The position numbers were made by a program, and so were the translations under genes. DNA of 64,000 nucleotides, taken from Mobula hypostoma (Eukaryota). The notes below the pieces were generated by a model. The model ran no database searches, was not told the origin of the DNA, and was given only the letters and a program-made list of their open reading frames with translations. How positions within the stretch are numbered: position 1 is the first letter of the stretch; the number at the start of each line of letters is the position of its first letter. Location of the stretch: positions 62,870,001-62,934,000 of the forward strand of contig NC_086108.1 in assembly GCF_963921235.1 (NCBI RefSeq). Direction: 5' to 3'. Positions 50,421 to 63,400 of the stretch are shown here, in pieces.

Positions 50421-51274
50421 TCATTGAGATTTCTTCTGGGGAAGGTACAAACTGAACACAAGGGGTGAGTTACACAAGAACCTGAGTGGGACTAATATCC
50501 TTGTGGGCAGATTTGCAAGGGTTGACAGGAGGGTTTAAAATAATTTGGCAGGGGGTTGGAAACCAGAGTGATAGTGCTGAGGGTGGGGTTGTTGGTTTAC
50601 AAAAACAGACATTATGTTGTGAGACTGACAGTAAGGAGAGTTTGATGATAGGACAAAATTGCAGTCAGCAGGATAAGTTGTAATGTAAAAGGCAAACAAA
50701 ATTGTAAAAGTGTGAATACAGAATTGAAGGTGTTATATTTGAATGCATGTAGTATATGGAATAAGGTAGATGAACTTGTAGCACAGTTACAAGTTGACAT
50801 TATTGGTATTACTGAATCATGGCTGAAAGAAGATTACAGCTGGAAACTTAACATCCAAGGATACACATTGTATCAAACAGACAGTCAGGTATGCAGAGGG
50901 GGAGGTGTCGCTCTGTTGGTAAAAAAAGAGAAATCAAATCATGAGAAAGAGGTGACATAGGATTGGAAGGTGTTGAATCGTTGATGGGAGAGATATATAT
51001 AGTCTACAAATTACAACAGAAGATAGAAGATGCATGCCAAAAGGGCAATGTTACAATTAGTCATAGAGGACTTCAATATGCAGGTAGATTGGGAAAATCA
51101 GGTTGGTGCTGGATTTCAAGAGGGGTAATTTTAGAATGCCTATGAGATAGCATTTTAGAGCAACTTGTGGATGAGGCCACTAGGAGATCAGCTATTCTGC
51201 ATTGGGTGCTATGCAATGAACCGGAATTGATTAGGGCTTATAGTAAGGGAACCCTTAGTAGAAGTGATCATAAT

Positions 51275-52135
51275 GTCGACTTCCTAACCGGAAGACCACA
51301 ATCTGTGTGCATTGGTGATAACATCTCCTCCTCACTGACGATCAACACTGGTGCACCTCAGGGATGTTTGATTAGCTCACTAGTCTTCTCTCCCTATAGT
51401 CATGACTGTATGGCTAGGTACTGTATAGCTCAAGTACCTTCTATAAATTTGCTGATGATACAACCATCATTGGTAGAATTTCAGATAGTGACGAGAGGGC
51501 GTACAGGAGTGAAATATGCCAATTAGTGGAGTGGTGTCGCAGCAACAACCTGGCACTCAACATCAGTAAGACGAAAGAGCTGATTGTGGACTTCAGGAAG
51601 GGTAAGATGAAGGAACACATACCAATCCTCATAGAGGGATCAGAAGTGTAGAGAGTGAGCAGTTTCAGGTTTCTGGGTGACAAGATCTCTGAGGACCTAA
51701 TCTGATCCCAACATATCGATGCAGTTATAAAGAAGGTAAGACAGTGACTATACTTCATTAGGAGTTCGAAGAGATTTGGTATGTCAACAAATATACTCAA
51801 AAACTTCTATAAATGTACCGTGGAGAGCATTCTGACAGGCTGCATCACTGTCTGGTATGGGGGAGCTACTGCACAGGACTGAAAGAAGCTGCAGAGGGTT
51901 GCAAATTTAGTTGGCTCCATCTTGGGTACTAGCCTACAAAGTACCCAGGACCTCACTTTTTTAACATATATTCTGTTTTTTGCACGATTTTTAGTCTATT
52001 CAATATACGCATACTGCAATTGATTTATTTATTTATTCATTCATTCTTCTATATTATGTATTGCATTGAACTACTGCTGCTAGCAAATTTCGCAGCACCT
52101 GCCGGTGATAATAAACCTGATGCTGATTCTGATTC
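51275..52135 (+). mobile_element. Rex1/Babar-type LINE RT and 3' end inserted in CR1
   Basis: [18 protein letters not shown], (K)FADDT, LNISKTKELIVDFRKGK, FYKCTVESILTGCITVWYG and (GATTCT)n tail. Confidence 0.9.
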
Positions 52136-54519
52136 AAAGATCAAAGTCACCCTGCAATTTAGGAAGGAGAAGCTAAAGTCAAATATATCAGTATTACATT
52201 TGAGTAAAGGGAATTATAGAGGCATGAGAGAGGAGCTGGCCAAAACTGACTCAAAAAGAACACTGGCAGGAATGACAGCAGAGCAGCAATGGATGCAATT
52301 TCTGGAAGCAATTGAGAAGGTGCAAGATATACACATCCCAAAGAGGAAGAAGTATTCTGTAGGCAAGATGACACAACTGTGGCTAACAAGAGAAGTCAAA
52401 GCCAGCATAAAAGCCAAAGAGAAGGTATATAATAGAGCGAAGAATAGTGGGAAGTTAGAGGATTGGGAAGCTTTTAAAAAACCCAACAGAAGGCAACTAA
52501 AAAATTAATTAAGATGGAAAAACTAGAAAGCGAAGGTAAGCTAGCCACTAATATTAAAGAGGTCATCAAAAGTTTCTTCAGATACATAAAGTGTTAAAGA
52601 GAAGCGAAAGTGGATATCAAACCACTGGGAAATGATGCTGTTGAGGTAGTAATGGGGACAAGGAGATAGCAGTATTGCATCACTGTTCATTATGGAAGAC
52701 ACTAGCAATATGGCGGAAGTTTGAGAGTATCAGGGCAGAAGTGAGTGAAATCGCCATTACTAAGGAGGAGGTTCTTAGGAAACTGAAGGGTCTGAAGATA
52801 GGTAAATTAACTGAATGAGATGGTGTACACCCCAGAGTTCTGAAAGAGGTGACTGAAGAGATTGTGGAGTCATTAGTATTGATCTTTCAGGAATCAATTG
52901 ATTCTGTCATGTTTCCAGTGGAATGGAAAATTGCTAATGTCACTTCACTCTTCAAGAAGAGAGAGAGGAAGAAGAAAGGAAACTGTAGGCCAGTTAGTCT
53001 GACCTTAGTGGTCGGTAAGATGTTGGAGTTGATTGTTAAGAATATCATTTTGAAGTACCTGGAGGCACAGGATAAAATAGGCTGTAGTCAGCATATTTTC
53101 CTTAAGGGATGATCTAGCCTGGCCATCTGTTGGAATTCTTTGAAGAAATAACTAGCAGAATAGACAAAGGAGAATTGGTGGAAGTTTTGTACTTGGATTT
53201 TCTGAAGGCCTTTAACAAGGTCCTACACAAGAGGCTGCTTAACAGGTTAAGAGCACAGGAAAGGTACTGGCATGGATAAAGCAGTGACTGATTGGCAGGA
53301 GGCAAAGAATTGGAATAAAGGGAGCCTTTTCTGGTCGGCTGCCAGGACTAGTGGTGTTGGGACTGCCGAATTTATGGACAATATGAAGGTAGGTAGAGAG
53401 ACAGATAGTTTTGAGGAAATAGAGAGGCTACAGAAGGACTTAGACAGATTAGGAGAATGGGCGAAGAAGTGGCAGATGGAATACAGTGTTGGAAAGTGTA
53501 TGGTCATGTACTTGGTTGATGAAATAAAAGGTTAGACTGTTTTGTAAGTGGAGAGTAAATTTAAAAATCTGAAGTGCAAAGTGTTTTGGGAATCCTTGTG
53601 CAAGATTCCCTAAGGGTTAACCTGCAGGTTGAGTCAATGGTGAAGAAAGCAAATATGATATTACCATTCATTTCAAACGGACTAGGATATTAAAGCAAGG
53701 ATGTAATGCTGAGGCTTTATAAGGCACTGATGAGGCTTCATTTAGAGTATTGTAAGCACTTTTAAGCCCCTTATCCAAGAAAGGATGTATTGACATTGGA
53801 GAGGGTTCAAAGGTTCACAAAAATGATACCGGGTTTGAAAGGCTTGTTACGTGAAGAGTGTTTGATGGCTCTGGGCCTCTACCCACTGGAATTCAGACGA
53901 ATGAGGGGTGACCTCTTTGGAAACGAATTGAATGCTGAAAGGCCTCGATAGAGTGGATGCGGAGAGGATGTTTCCTATGGTGGGGGAGTCTATGCTAGAA
54001 GATACAGCTCCAAAATAGAGGGTGTCCTTTTATAATGGAGATGAAGATGAATTTCTTTAGCCAGATAATGGTGAATCTATAGAATTTATTGCTACGGGCA
54101 GCTGTGGAGGCCAAGTCATTGGTATATTTAAGGCAGAGGTTGATAGATTCTTGATTTGTTAGAGCGTGAAGGAATACAGGGAGAAGGCCGGAGATTGGGA
54201 CTGACAGGGAAAATAGATCAGCCCTGATGAAATGGCAGAGCAGATTCAATGAGCCAAATGGCATAATTCTGCTCCTTATGGTCTTTTTTAAGATGTAAGA
54301 CAATAGCCACAGAGATCAGAATTTACAGATTAAATTGGGTAAAATCTTGCAATTAACCACAGAGGAATCTGCAATATATATAGGTAATGAGAGAAGTGTC
54401 TAATTCATTTACATAAATAACACTTGATTTCTGGGAGAATCATTTCCATTTGGTGTTTTGCAGAACCTCTCATGATAGCTCATATAAGCCTAGATCTTAC
54501 TGAGTGGATCACTGTAGAC

Positions 54520-55558
54520 CAGGGGTTCCTAATTTCGGGTCCACAGACCCTTTGGTTAATGGTAGGGGCCCGTGACATAAAAAAGGTTGGTTTTATGGTT
54601 TTGTGGCTAAGTTTGCGGATGACACCAAGATAGGTGGAGGAGCAGGAAATGTTGAAGAAACGGAAAGGTTACAGAGAGACTTAGTCAGTTTAGGAGAGTG
54701 GGCAAAGAAATGGCAGATGAGATACAACGTTGACAAATGTACGGTTGTACATTTTGGAAGAAGCAATATTCGGGCAGATTATTATTTAGATGGAGAGAAA
54801 ATTCAAAAATCGGAAGTGCAAAGGGACTTGGTGGTCCTCGTGCAGGATACCCTAAAGGTTAACCACCAAGTTGGATCGGCAGTAAGGAAAGCGAATGCTA
54901 TGTTGGCATTCATTTCAAGAGGAATAGTGTATAAGAGTGAGGAAGTGTTGATGAGGCTCTATGGGGCATTAGTGAGACCTCATTTGGAATACTGTGTGCA
55001 GTTTTGGGCCCTCTATCTTAGAAAGGATGTACTGATGTTGGAGAGAGTTCAGAGAAGATTTACGAGGATGATTCCTGGAATGCAGGGGCTAACATATGAG
55101 GAGCATTTGTCGGCTCTTGGACTGTATTCATTAGAGTATAGAAGAATGAGAGGGGATCTCATAGAAACATTTCGAATGTGGAAAGGGTTGGACAGAGTAG
55201 ATGTGGAAAGGTTGTTTCCCTTGGTGGGTGAGTCCAGGACAAGAGGCCATAGTCTTAGAATTAGAGGGTACCCAGTTAAAACAGAGATGAGGAGAATTTT
55301 TTTTAGCCAGAAGGTCATGGATTTGTGGAATTCGTTGCCACATACAGCTGTGGAGGCCCGATCATTGAGGGTGTTTAAGGAGGAGGTTGACAGGTATCTA
55401 ATTAGTCAGGGTATCAAGGGATATGGGGAAAAAGCCGGAAATAGGAACTAGATGGGTGAATAGTTTAGCTCATGGGGGAGCTGCGGAGCAGACTCGATGG
55501 GCCGAATGGCCTACTTCTGCTCTTTTGTCTTGTGATCTTGTGATCTTGTGAACCCCTG
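54520..55558. mobile_element. hAT MITE (54520-54590 plus 55550-55558) split within its TIR by a CR1
   Basis: CAGGGGTTCC...AAAAGGTTGG | CR1 | GAACCCCTG. Same family as 7169-7248. Confidence 0.75.
54591..55549 (+). mobile_element. Young 5'-truncated CR1
   Basis: Uninterrupted 282-aa ORF from KFADDTK to the natural stop, with (TCTTGTGA)n tail. Confidence 0.95.
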
Positions 55559-55689
55559 TTGACAAGATCTTTTATAGCTTCAGGACATCACGTGTTGTAA
55601 TTTTGCCATAAAAGTGTATGATATCACTGAAACATTCTTTAAGAAAGCTTTCAAGCATTACTGTATGAGTACTATACTGAAGTACAAAA

Positions 55690-56892
55690 CTAAGGGTGGG
55701 AATTTAAGCCTGGAGCAAGAGAAAGTGTGCAAAGCACAAAGAGTACCTCAAATCGGTATTTACAAGGAGAAGAAACATGATAGTTAATGAGATCAGTGGT
55801 GGATATGCTAATATTCTAGGGCATGTTGGTGTCACAGATGAGACATTTAAGCTCTTCTAAAACATTTAAATGGATAAAGTCCCCAGGGCATGATGAAATC
55901 TATTCCAGGTTAATGAGAGCATCAAGGGAGGAGATTGCTGGGGCCTTGACAGGGATATCAAAATCCTCTTTAGCCACAGGCAAGCCCTAGAGGACTAGAG
56001 AACAACCAGAGTGTTCTTCCTCTCTTTAAGAAGGGCAATAGATACAAAATGGGAAATTGTAGGCTGGTGAGCTTTACATTAGTGGTAAGGAAATTACTGG
56101 TGGAGATTCCCAGGGATAGGTCTTACTCACATCTGGAAAAACATAGACTTAATAGGAATAGCCAGCATGGAATTGTATGGTGTAAGTCATGTTTTACAAA
56201 TGTTTAGCCTCTGAAGAGGTGACAAAGATAATTGATGAGGGGAGAGTAGTAGTTGTTGTATACATTGACTTTAGTAAAACTTTTGATGAAGTCCTTCATG
56301 GTAGGCTGACTCAGAAAATGAATGCATATCGGATCCATGGTGACTTGATAGAATCAGTTTAGAATTGCTTTTGCTATAGAAGGCAGAGGGTAGTGGTGGA
56401 GGGTTTTATTCTGACTGAAGGTCTTGTGCAAGGATCAATGCTGGGACCTCTGTTGTTCATGATATAAATAATTTGAATGAAAATGTAGGTGGGCACATGG
56501 CACAAGAAGTGGCAAAGTGGTGGAGAATGAGGATGTTTGTCAAAAGGATTCACCAGGATATCAGCCAGTTAGAAATGTGGGCAGAGAAATATGGCAGATG
56601 GAGTTTAACCTGGACAAGTGCGAGGTGTCCTCTTTGAGAGGTCAGATGTAAAAGGAAAGCATCCATGAAATGGCAGGATCCTTAAGAGCGTTGATGTGCA
56701 GCGGGATCTTGGAGTGCAACTCTGTAGTTCCATGAAAGTGGCAACACAAGTGCATAGGATGGTAAAGAGGGCATGTGATCTACTCATCCTCATAGCTTGC
56801 GGTAGGGAGCATTGTTGTTTGCTGCAGAAAGAATGTGAAGAGTTTGCAGAGGATGCAAAAGAGATTCACCAGGATGTTGCCTGGATTAAAGA
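55690..56892 (+). mobile_element. Old decayed CR1 RT
   Basis: DKVPRA/CRLVSFT-like, GCCAGCATGG, TACATTGACTTTAGTAAAACTTTTGAT, GGATCAATGCTGGGACCTC and RFTRMLPGL motifs. Confidence 0.85.
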
Positions 56893-57385
56893 GGAACACA
56901 CCCAAAATACTAGAGGAACTCAGCAGGTCAGGTAGAATCTATGTTGCCATTTTAGGCCATAACACTTCATCAGTACTGGAAAAGACTATCCAGACAGAAT
57001 ATGAGGTGTTGTTCTTCCAACCTGAGAGTGGTCTCATTGTGCCAGTAGAGAAGGCCATGAAGCAACATTTTGGAATTGAAGTGGGTGGCCACCAGGAAAT
57101 CCTGCCTTTTGCAGCACATGGAGCAAAGATGCTCAATGAATCGGTCCCCCCAATCTAAATCAAGTCTCGCCAATGTTAACTCCTTTGTCCACTTCCTCCT
57201 CCCCACTGATCTCCGTCCTGGAACTTATCGCTGTGGGGAGACAAGTACTACACCTACCCCTACAGCTCTTCACTCACCATTATTCAGGACTCCAAACAGT
57301 CCTTCCAGGTGAGGCAACAGTTCATCTGTGAGTCTGTCAAGGTCATCTATGGTGTCAGGTGCTCCCAGTGTAGCCTCCTCTAAAA
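56893..57385. mobile_element. PLE remnant with inverted halves (minus 56893-57170, plus 57171-57385) including GIY-YIG-like sequence
   Basis: Minus part has a decayed CTGATGAAG hammerhead and RLEEQHLIFCL. Plus part translates roughly FQVRQQFICESVKVIYGVRCSQCSLL. Confidence 0.7.
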
Positions 57386-57687
57386 CGCTAGTTTCTCACC
57401 CCCTCTGGATTTTCAGAGTTCGCTGAAGTTTCAGTAACTGGCTTATAATTATTTTTTCCTTCCTTTTTAAACAATAGTGCACATTAGCAGTCCACCAACG
57501 CTTCAGCACCACTCATACAGTAGTTAGGGATATTTAAAAAGAGCTTTGGCAAATTACTCCCTTGTTTCTTTAATATCCTGCAACACATCTCATCTAGAAT
57601 GATAACTTAAACACTTTTAAAGGTGATTTCGTCCCTTAAAACTAATGATCAATATTTCATGTACCTCCTCCTAATGTTAGCAGTTGT

Positions 57688-59335
57688 ATCAGAATCAGAA
57701 TCAGGTTTAATATCACTGGCATATGTCGTGAAATTTGTTGTCTTTGTGGCAGCAGTAGAAAGCAATAAGTAATAATAGAGAGAAAAACAGAATTACAGTG
57801 AGTATATGTATACACCCTATCCTTGTTATTTGTGTCTTCAGACAATGCGGATTCACAGTTATGCGAGAAACTTATTTCTACCAACGTCTCCTTATATTTG
57901 TCCAAAACTCACAGTTATGCGAGGAGCACTGCTTTCCTGCCAATACAAGTCACGTGCAAACACCTCACAGTCTCACTGTTGGGATGAGAAGCACTGCTTT
58001 TCCGCTAATACAAGTCAGGTGCGCGCGCCTGACAATCTCACTCCCGCCAGTCTTGCATTGGTTTTGGCAAGATGTGGATGTGTGAGCTTGTGCTCTTAAA
58101 CTTTTGTTGGTTTTACCTATGGTGCAGTGACTTTGTGCTTGAAATATTTAACTATTCCTCCTAAGCGTCCAATGTCATGGCCTGGGCCATCAGCCGAGCG
58201 GTGGAGAACTGCTTTAACACTTGAAAAAAAGTTGGAAATTATAAACAGCGCGACAGCTGAAGGTAACACAGCTCTGGGACGCTACTGCCGGGAACAGAAT
58301 CTTGCCTTTAAAGTTCTTTTGTTGCTTGACAATGCGCCAGTCCATCCTAAACGTTTGGACAGCATTCATCCTAACGTAACAGTGCATTTCCTGCGGCCTA
58401 ACACAACATCGCTGATTCAACCACTCGACCAAGGTGTGATCCACATTCAAGGCGTATGTATTTCTTTATGGCGAACTATCTCTCTGATGCTGCAAGCAAC
58501 AGACAATTTTGAAAATCCCAGGAGTTTACCAACAGTGAGGGAATGGTGGAAGTCATAACACTTGGCACAAATGGCGATGGACATGGACCCTAGTTTAGAA
58601 CGGAGTCAGCATTTCAGTCGTTCCCTGCCATCAACCCTTCTTCCCTACAAGCAAATTTATGCTGAAAAACAAAATGCTGCCAAGCAAACAAGGCTCACCA
58701 CTTCATTCAAATCGGTGTCATCTCCTGCTGCCGGCAGTTCTAAGAGTTCTGTGAGTCTTCCTTCATCCCTTGCTGTGCTTGATATTATCCTGACGACCAC
58801 AACCATTCACCTTATCCATGTAAAGCTGCCCGACACCACAACAACCACTCATCTCCTGGAGCGAACACACCTGCCACTGTTGATGAGTACTGTACACCCT
58901 CGGATGTTAACTTTCTATGATTTATTACATTGAATTTTATCTTAAATTGATGAAATATAATACAAATGCTGTCTTGTGGTACTGCTTTTGTGTTGTATTG
59001 GTATGAAAATGTGAATAAATTACAGATAAAACTTATTTAGGAAGCCCTCTGGAACGCATCCCTATTTTCTCCATTTAAATAATTATTCACATTATGCGGC
59101 GACTGTGAGGAACGTATCCCCTGCATATGATGAGGATAGGGTGTATATTAAATAGTTAACTAAGTAGAGCAAAAATAAAAATTTTAAAAAAGTAGTGAAG
59201 TAGTGTTTATGGGTTCAATGACCATTCAGAAATTAGATGGCAGAGGGGAAGAAGCAATTCTTGAATCGTTGAGTGTGTGCCTTCATGCTTCTGTACCTCC
59301 TTCCTGATGGTAACAATAGAACAGGGCATATCCTC
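57688..59335 (-). mobile_element. Rex1/Babar 3' end (57688-57812 and 59144-59335) split by a Tigger element
   Basis: (ATCAGA)n tail and sequence collinear with 12118-12350. Confidence 0.8.
57813..59143 (+). mobile_element. Tigger/pogo DNA transposon, internally deleted transposase
   Basis: TIR CACCCTATCCT / AGGATAGGGTG with TA on both sides. ORF 58127-58558 joins HTH start RTALTLEKKLEII to DDE_1 motif LLLLDNAPVHP...PNTTSLIQPLDQGVI. Confidence 0.92.
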
Positions 59336-59369
59336 TTTATGTCTTCTTAAAACTTTGTTTTTTTACCTA

Positions 59370-59790
59370 TCTCTCTGTGTTGAGCAAATTTAACAGCTTC
59401 ATCATTGGCATCTTCTTCCATGTCATTTTAATGAATTGTAAAAAGTTAAGGCCCAGCTCAGATCCCTGTGGCACATCACACATTATATTTTGCCAACCAA
59501 AGCAAGACCCATTTATGCCTACACTTAGTTTCCTGTTTGCCAGCCAAACTTCTGTCCATGCCAGTATGTTATGGCCTACATCATGATCGTTTCCATGTAA
59601 AGCTTACAATACAGCACCCTTATTAAATACCTTATGGAAACTAAATATATTCACCAATTCCCTTGATCCATAACATGTGGTACTTTTTCAAAGAACTCCA
59701 ATAAATCAGTCAAATATAGTTTCTCTTTTTTCAAATCATATTGACTTTGTTTGATTACCTTGAATTTTTCAGTTTCTTCCTGTAACAGTG
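59370..59790 (-). mobile_element. Old CR1 RT fragment
   Basis: GGCCCAGCTCAGATCCCTGTGGCAC is the reverse complement of the VPQGSELG motif. Confidence 0.7.
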
Positions 59791-60136
59791 TTCAATAATA
59801 AATGCCAAAGTTCCAAGCTCTATGATTTCTCTCTGAATCCCTACGTCCCTGCATTTTGTTTTTACAGATCCCGCCTTCACCCTCCACACACACACACACA
59901 CACACCCACCCTTGTTGTGGAGGAGTTCCGCCATTTTGTGAGGCTGCCTTCATGTCCCCCCCACCCCACCCCACCCCACTGGACTGTTCTTCAGCTCTGT
60001 ATCACATTGTGACAGAGTTTGGCAGTGAGATTCTGAGAATAAGGAAAAACTGGATTGTGATTGAGGCAGAATAAAGTAAGAGGACAATTTCAAAAATGGA
60101 CTGTAGTCTTTAAAAGATGTTTGTAAAATGTTATCT

Positions 60137-60423
60137 TGTGGCGACCCACTTTCTAGCTCACACGAACCGGCTCACAACAGCGCGCGTAGGCAGAGGGCCG
60201 GCACCAGAAAGGGCGCCAGGCCATCTTCACCAGCAGGGGGAAAATTCCGTGCGCGGAAAGGGTCTGGGAATATGCATTCCCCACAGCAATCCCGCCCCAG
60301 GGAGGGCGGGAATGGGAAGGCTTTAAAAGCAGGCCGCGAAGTTTGAATAAATCTCTTTCATCACAACTCTAACTCACCGACTCTGTGTGGTTATTCTAGC
60401 GCTGTGTGTAGCACACCGCTACA
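60137..60423 (+). repeat. 5' LTR (287 bp)
   Basis: TGTGGCG...CGCTACA, TTTAAAA TATA-like box, AATAAA, immediately followed by a PBS. Partner LTR is outside the window. Confidence 0.85.
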
Positions 60424-60425
60424 AT

Positions 60426-60439
60426 TGGTGACCCCGACG
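60426..60439 (+). promoter_or_regulatory. Primer-binding site complementary to tRNA-Trp 3' end
   Basis: TGGTGACCCCGACG. Confidence 0.85.
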
Positions 60440-60463
60440 GCCCAAACGATATTTGGGCCAGAG

Positions 60464-63400
60464 ATGACCGACGCTTTATCTGTTCACGCAGTTTCGTTAC
60501 AACTGCCAGGCTTTTGGCCGCGGAAACCCCGTCTGTGTTTGGAACAGGCAGAAGCACAATTCCGCATTCGGCAGATAACCTCGGAGTCCACTCGTTACTA
60601 CTACGTGCTGAGCTCTCTCGACCAAGAGACTGCTGCACAAGTTGAGGAGTTTATACGGTCGCCCCCGGAGGACGGCAAATACACAGCATTCAAAGCCCTG
60701 CTCATAAGGACTTTTGGACTCTCACGGCGTGAACAAGCTGCCCACTTAATGCACCTGGAAGGTTTGGGAGACAGGCCGCCATCGGCATTAATGAACGAAA
60801 TGCTGGCCCTGGCTGAAGGACACAAACCTTGCCTCATGTTTGAGCAGGCGTTCCTAGAGCAACTACCCGAGGACATTCGCCTGCTGCTGTCCGACGCAGA
60901 TTTCACCGACCCCCGGGAGGTGGCGGCTCGAGCAGATGTGCTGTGGAATGCCAAGAAGGAGAGAGGGGCATCCGTCGCACAGATCACCAAGCCGCGTGCC
61001 CAACGACAGACCAGACCAGGCCCGGCAGCAGAGCCCAATGAACAATGGTGCTTCTACCACCAGTGGTGGGGCACAGAGGCCCGCCGCTGTAGACCACCCT
61101 GCAAATTCCCGGGAAACGCCAAGGCTCAGCCGCCGCTGATCGCTACAGCGGCTGGCCATCAGGACAGCCTCCTGTACGTCTGGGACAAGCAGTCGGGACG
61201 CCGATTTTTGGTCGACACCGGAGCGGAGATCAGCGTTTTACGTCCAATGAGTTACGACACCCGCAACAGAGAACCGGGACCCACCCTGAGGGCTGCAAAT
61301 GGCAGCACAATACGAACTTACGGCACCTGCACGGTGCGGCTACAGTTCAGCTCCAGTCGGTTCACATGGGACTTCACACCGGCCGCCGTGGCCCAACCAC
61401 TCCTGGGTGCGGATTTTCTACGAGCCCACAGCCTGCTGGTCGACCTGCAAGGGAAGCGATTAGTCCACGCCAAGACTTTTCAAACGTTCTCCCTAGGTGA
61501 AGCTAAGTTGCCAGCCCCACACCTGGACTCCATCACACTGTCCAACGATGAATTCACCAGGGTCCTGGCGGATTTCCCATCAGTACTGACACAGCAGTTC
61601 ACGGCAGCCATGCCCAGACACGGAGTACAGCACCACATCCCGACCCAGGGACCACCCCTCCACGCCCGTGCTCGAAGGCTTCCCCCGGACAAGCTCCGAC
61701 TGGCGAAGGAGGAATTCAAGCAAGTGGAGGAATTGGGGATCATACGACGGTCCGACAGCCCATGGGCCTCCCCCCTGCACATGGTGCCCAAGGCAACGGG
61801 GGGCTGGAGACCATGCGGTGACTACCGCAGGCTGAACGAGGCTACAACGCCAGACCGCTACCCTGTGCCACACATTCAAGACTTCGCAGCAAACCTACAC
61901 GGCGCAAGGATTTTTTCCAAGGTAGACCTCGTCCGGGGATACCATCAAATCCCTGTACATCCGGACGACATTCCCAAAACAGCACTTATCACCCCATTTG
62001 GACTTTTCAAATTCCTCCGAATGCCGTTTGGTCTAAAGAATGCTGCACAGACTTTCCAGCGGTTAATGGACGCGGTGGGACGCGACCTGGACTTTGCATT
62101 CATCTATTTGGACGACATCCTCATAGCCAGCAGTAGTCGGCAGGAGCATCTGTCCCACCTCCGCCAGCTCTACTCCCGCCTGAGCGAATTCGGCCTTACA
62201 ATCAACCCAGCCAACTGCCAGTTTGGACTCGATACCATCGACTTCCTGGGCCACAGGATTACTAAAGACGGGGCAACCCCGCTGCCCGCCAAGGTAGACG
62301 CAGTCCGCAACTTCCCCCGACCCAACACAATCAAAGGCTTGCTGGAATTCGTGGGTATGGTGAATTTCTACCACCGTTTCCTCCCCTCAGCAGCCCGAAC
62401 CATGCGCCCCCTGTTCACTCTAATGTCAGGTAAGGGCAAGGACATTACCTGGAACGAAGAGGCCGCAACCGCTTTCGTTAAAACCAAAGAAGCCTTGGCA
62501 AACGCCGCGATGCTAGTGCACCCCAGAACGGACGTTCCTACTGCCCTCACGGTGGACGCATCCAACACAGCGGTCGGTGGAGTGCTGGAACAACTCATTG
62601 AGGGTCGCTGGCAACCCCTGGCGTTCTTCAGCAAACACCTACGACCACCCGAACTCAAATACAGTGCTTTCGACCGGGAGCTATTGGCACTATACCTGGC
62701 AATCCGGCATTTCAGGTACTTCTTAGAAGGTAGGCCCTTCACCGCGTTCACAGACCACAAACCGCTCACCTTTGCGTTCACGAAGGTGTCCGACCCCTGG
62801 TCGTCCCGCCAGCAGGGACATCTGTCCTACATCTCCGGGTACACGACGGACATCCGGCATGTCTCGGGAAAGGACAACGTTGTGGCAGACGCACTATCCA
62901 GACCTACCATACAGGCCCTGTCCTGGGGGTGGACTATGCAGCGCTGGCAGAGGCACAGCAGGGAGATGCTGAGATCCCCAGTTATAGGACTGCAGTCTCC
63001 GGTTTACAGCTCCAAGACCTCCCCGTAGGCCCAGGTGGGAGGACCCTACTATGTGACGTAGCTACCCGCCAACCCCGCCCCGTCGTCCCAGCAGCCTGGC
63101 GCCGGCGGGTTTTCGAATCCATTCACAACTTAGCGCACCCCTCCATCAGGACAACCATCCGGCTGGTCGCCAACAGGTTCGTGTGGCATGGACTTCGTAA
63201 ACAGGTCAGTGAATGGGCCAAAATGTGCATGCAGTGCCAAACGGCCAAGGTGCAGCGGCACACCAAGGCTCCGCCGCAGCGGTTCGAACTCACCCGCCGG
63301 AGGTTCGACCACATCCATGTGGATATCGTGGGGCCCCTGCCAGTGTCGTGAGGAGCGCGGTATCTCCTAACTATGATAGACCGGTTCACCAGATGGCCAG

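Larger units (their letters stand above)
49730..54290 (+). mobile_element. Near full-length old CR1 (ORF1 esterase, APE, RT, 3'UTR) carrying two nested insertions
   Basis: ORF1 (VVMSGLLPVP) at 49730-50087 and 50420-50600, APE LYLNACSIWNKVD/GITESW, RT NCRPVSLT, 3' tail CTCCTTATGGTCT. Confidence 0.9.

Noticed and set aside
58127..58933. Host TIGD1-like gene
   Set aside because: Bounded by TIRs and TA duplication, internally deleted and frameshifted.
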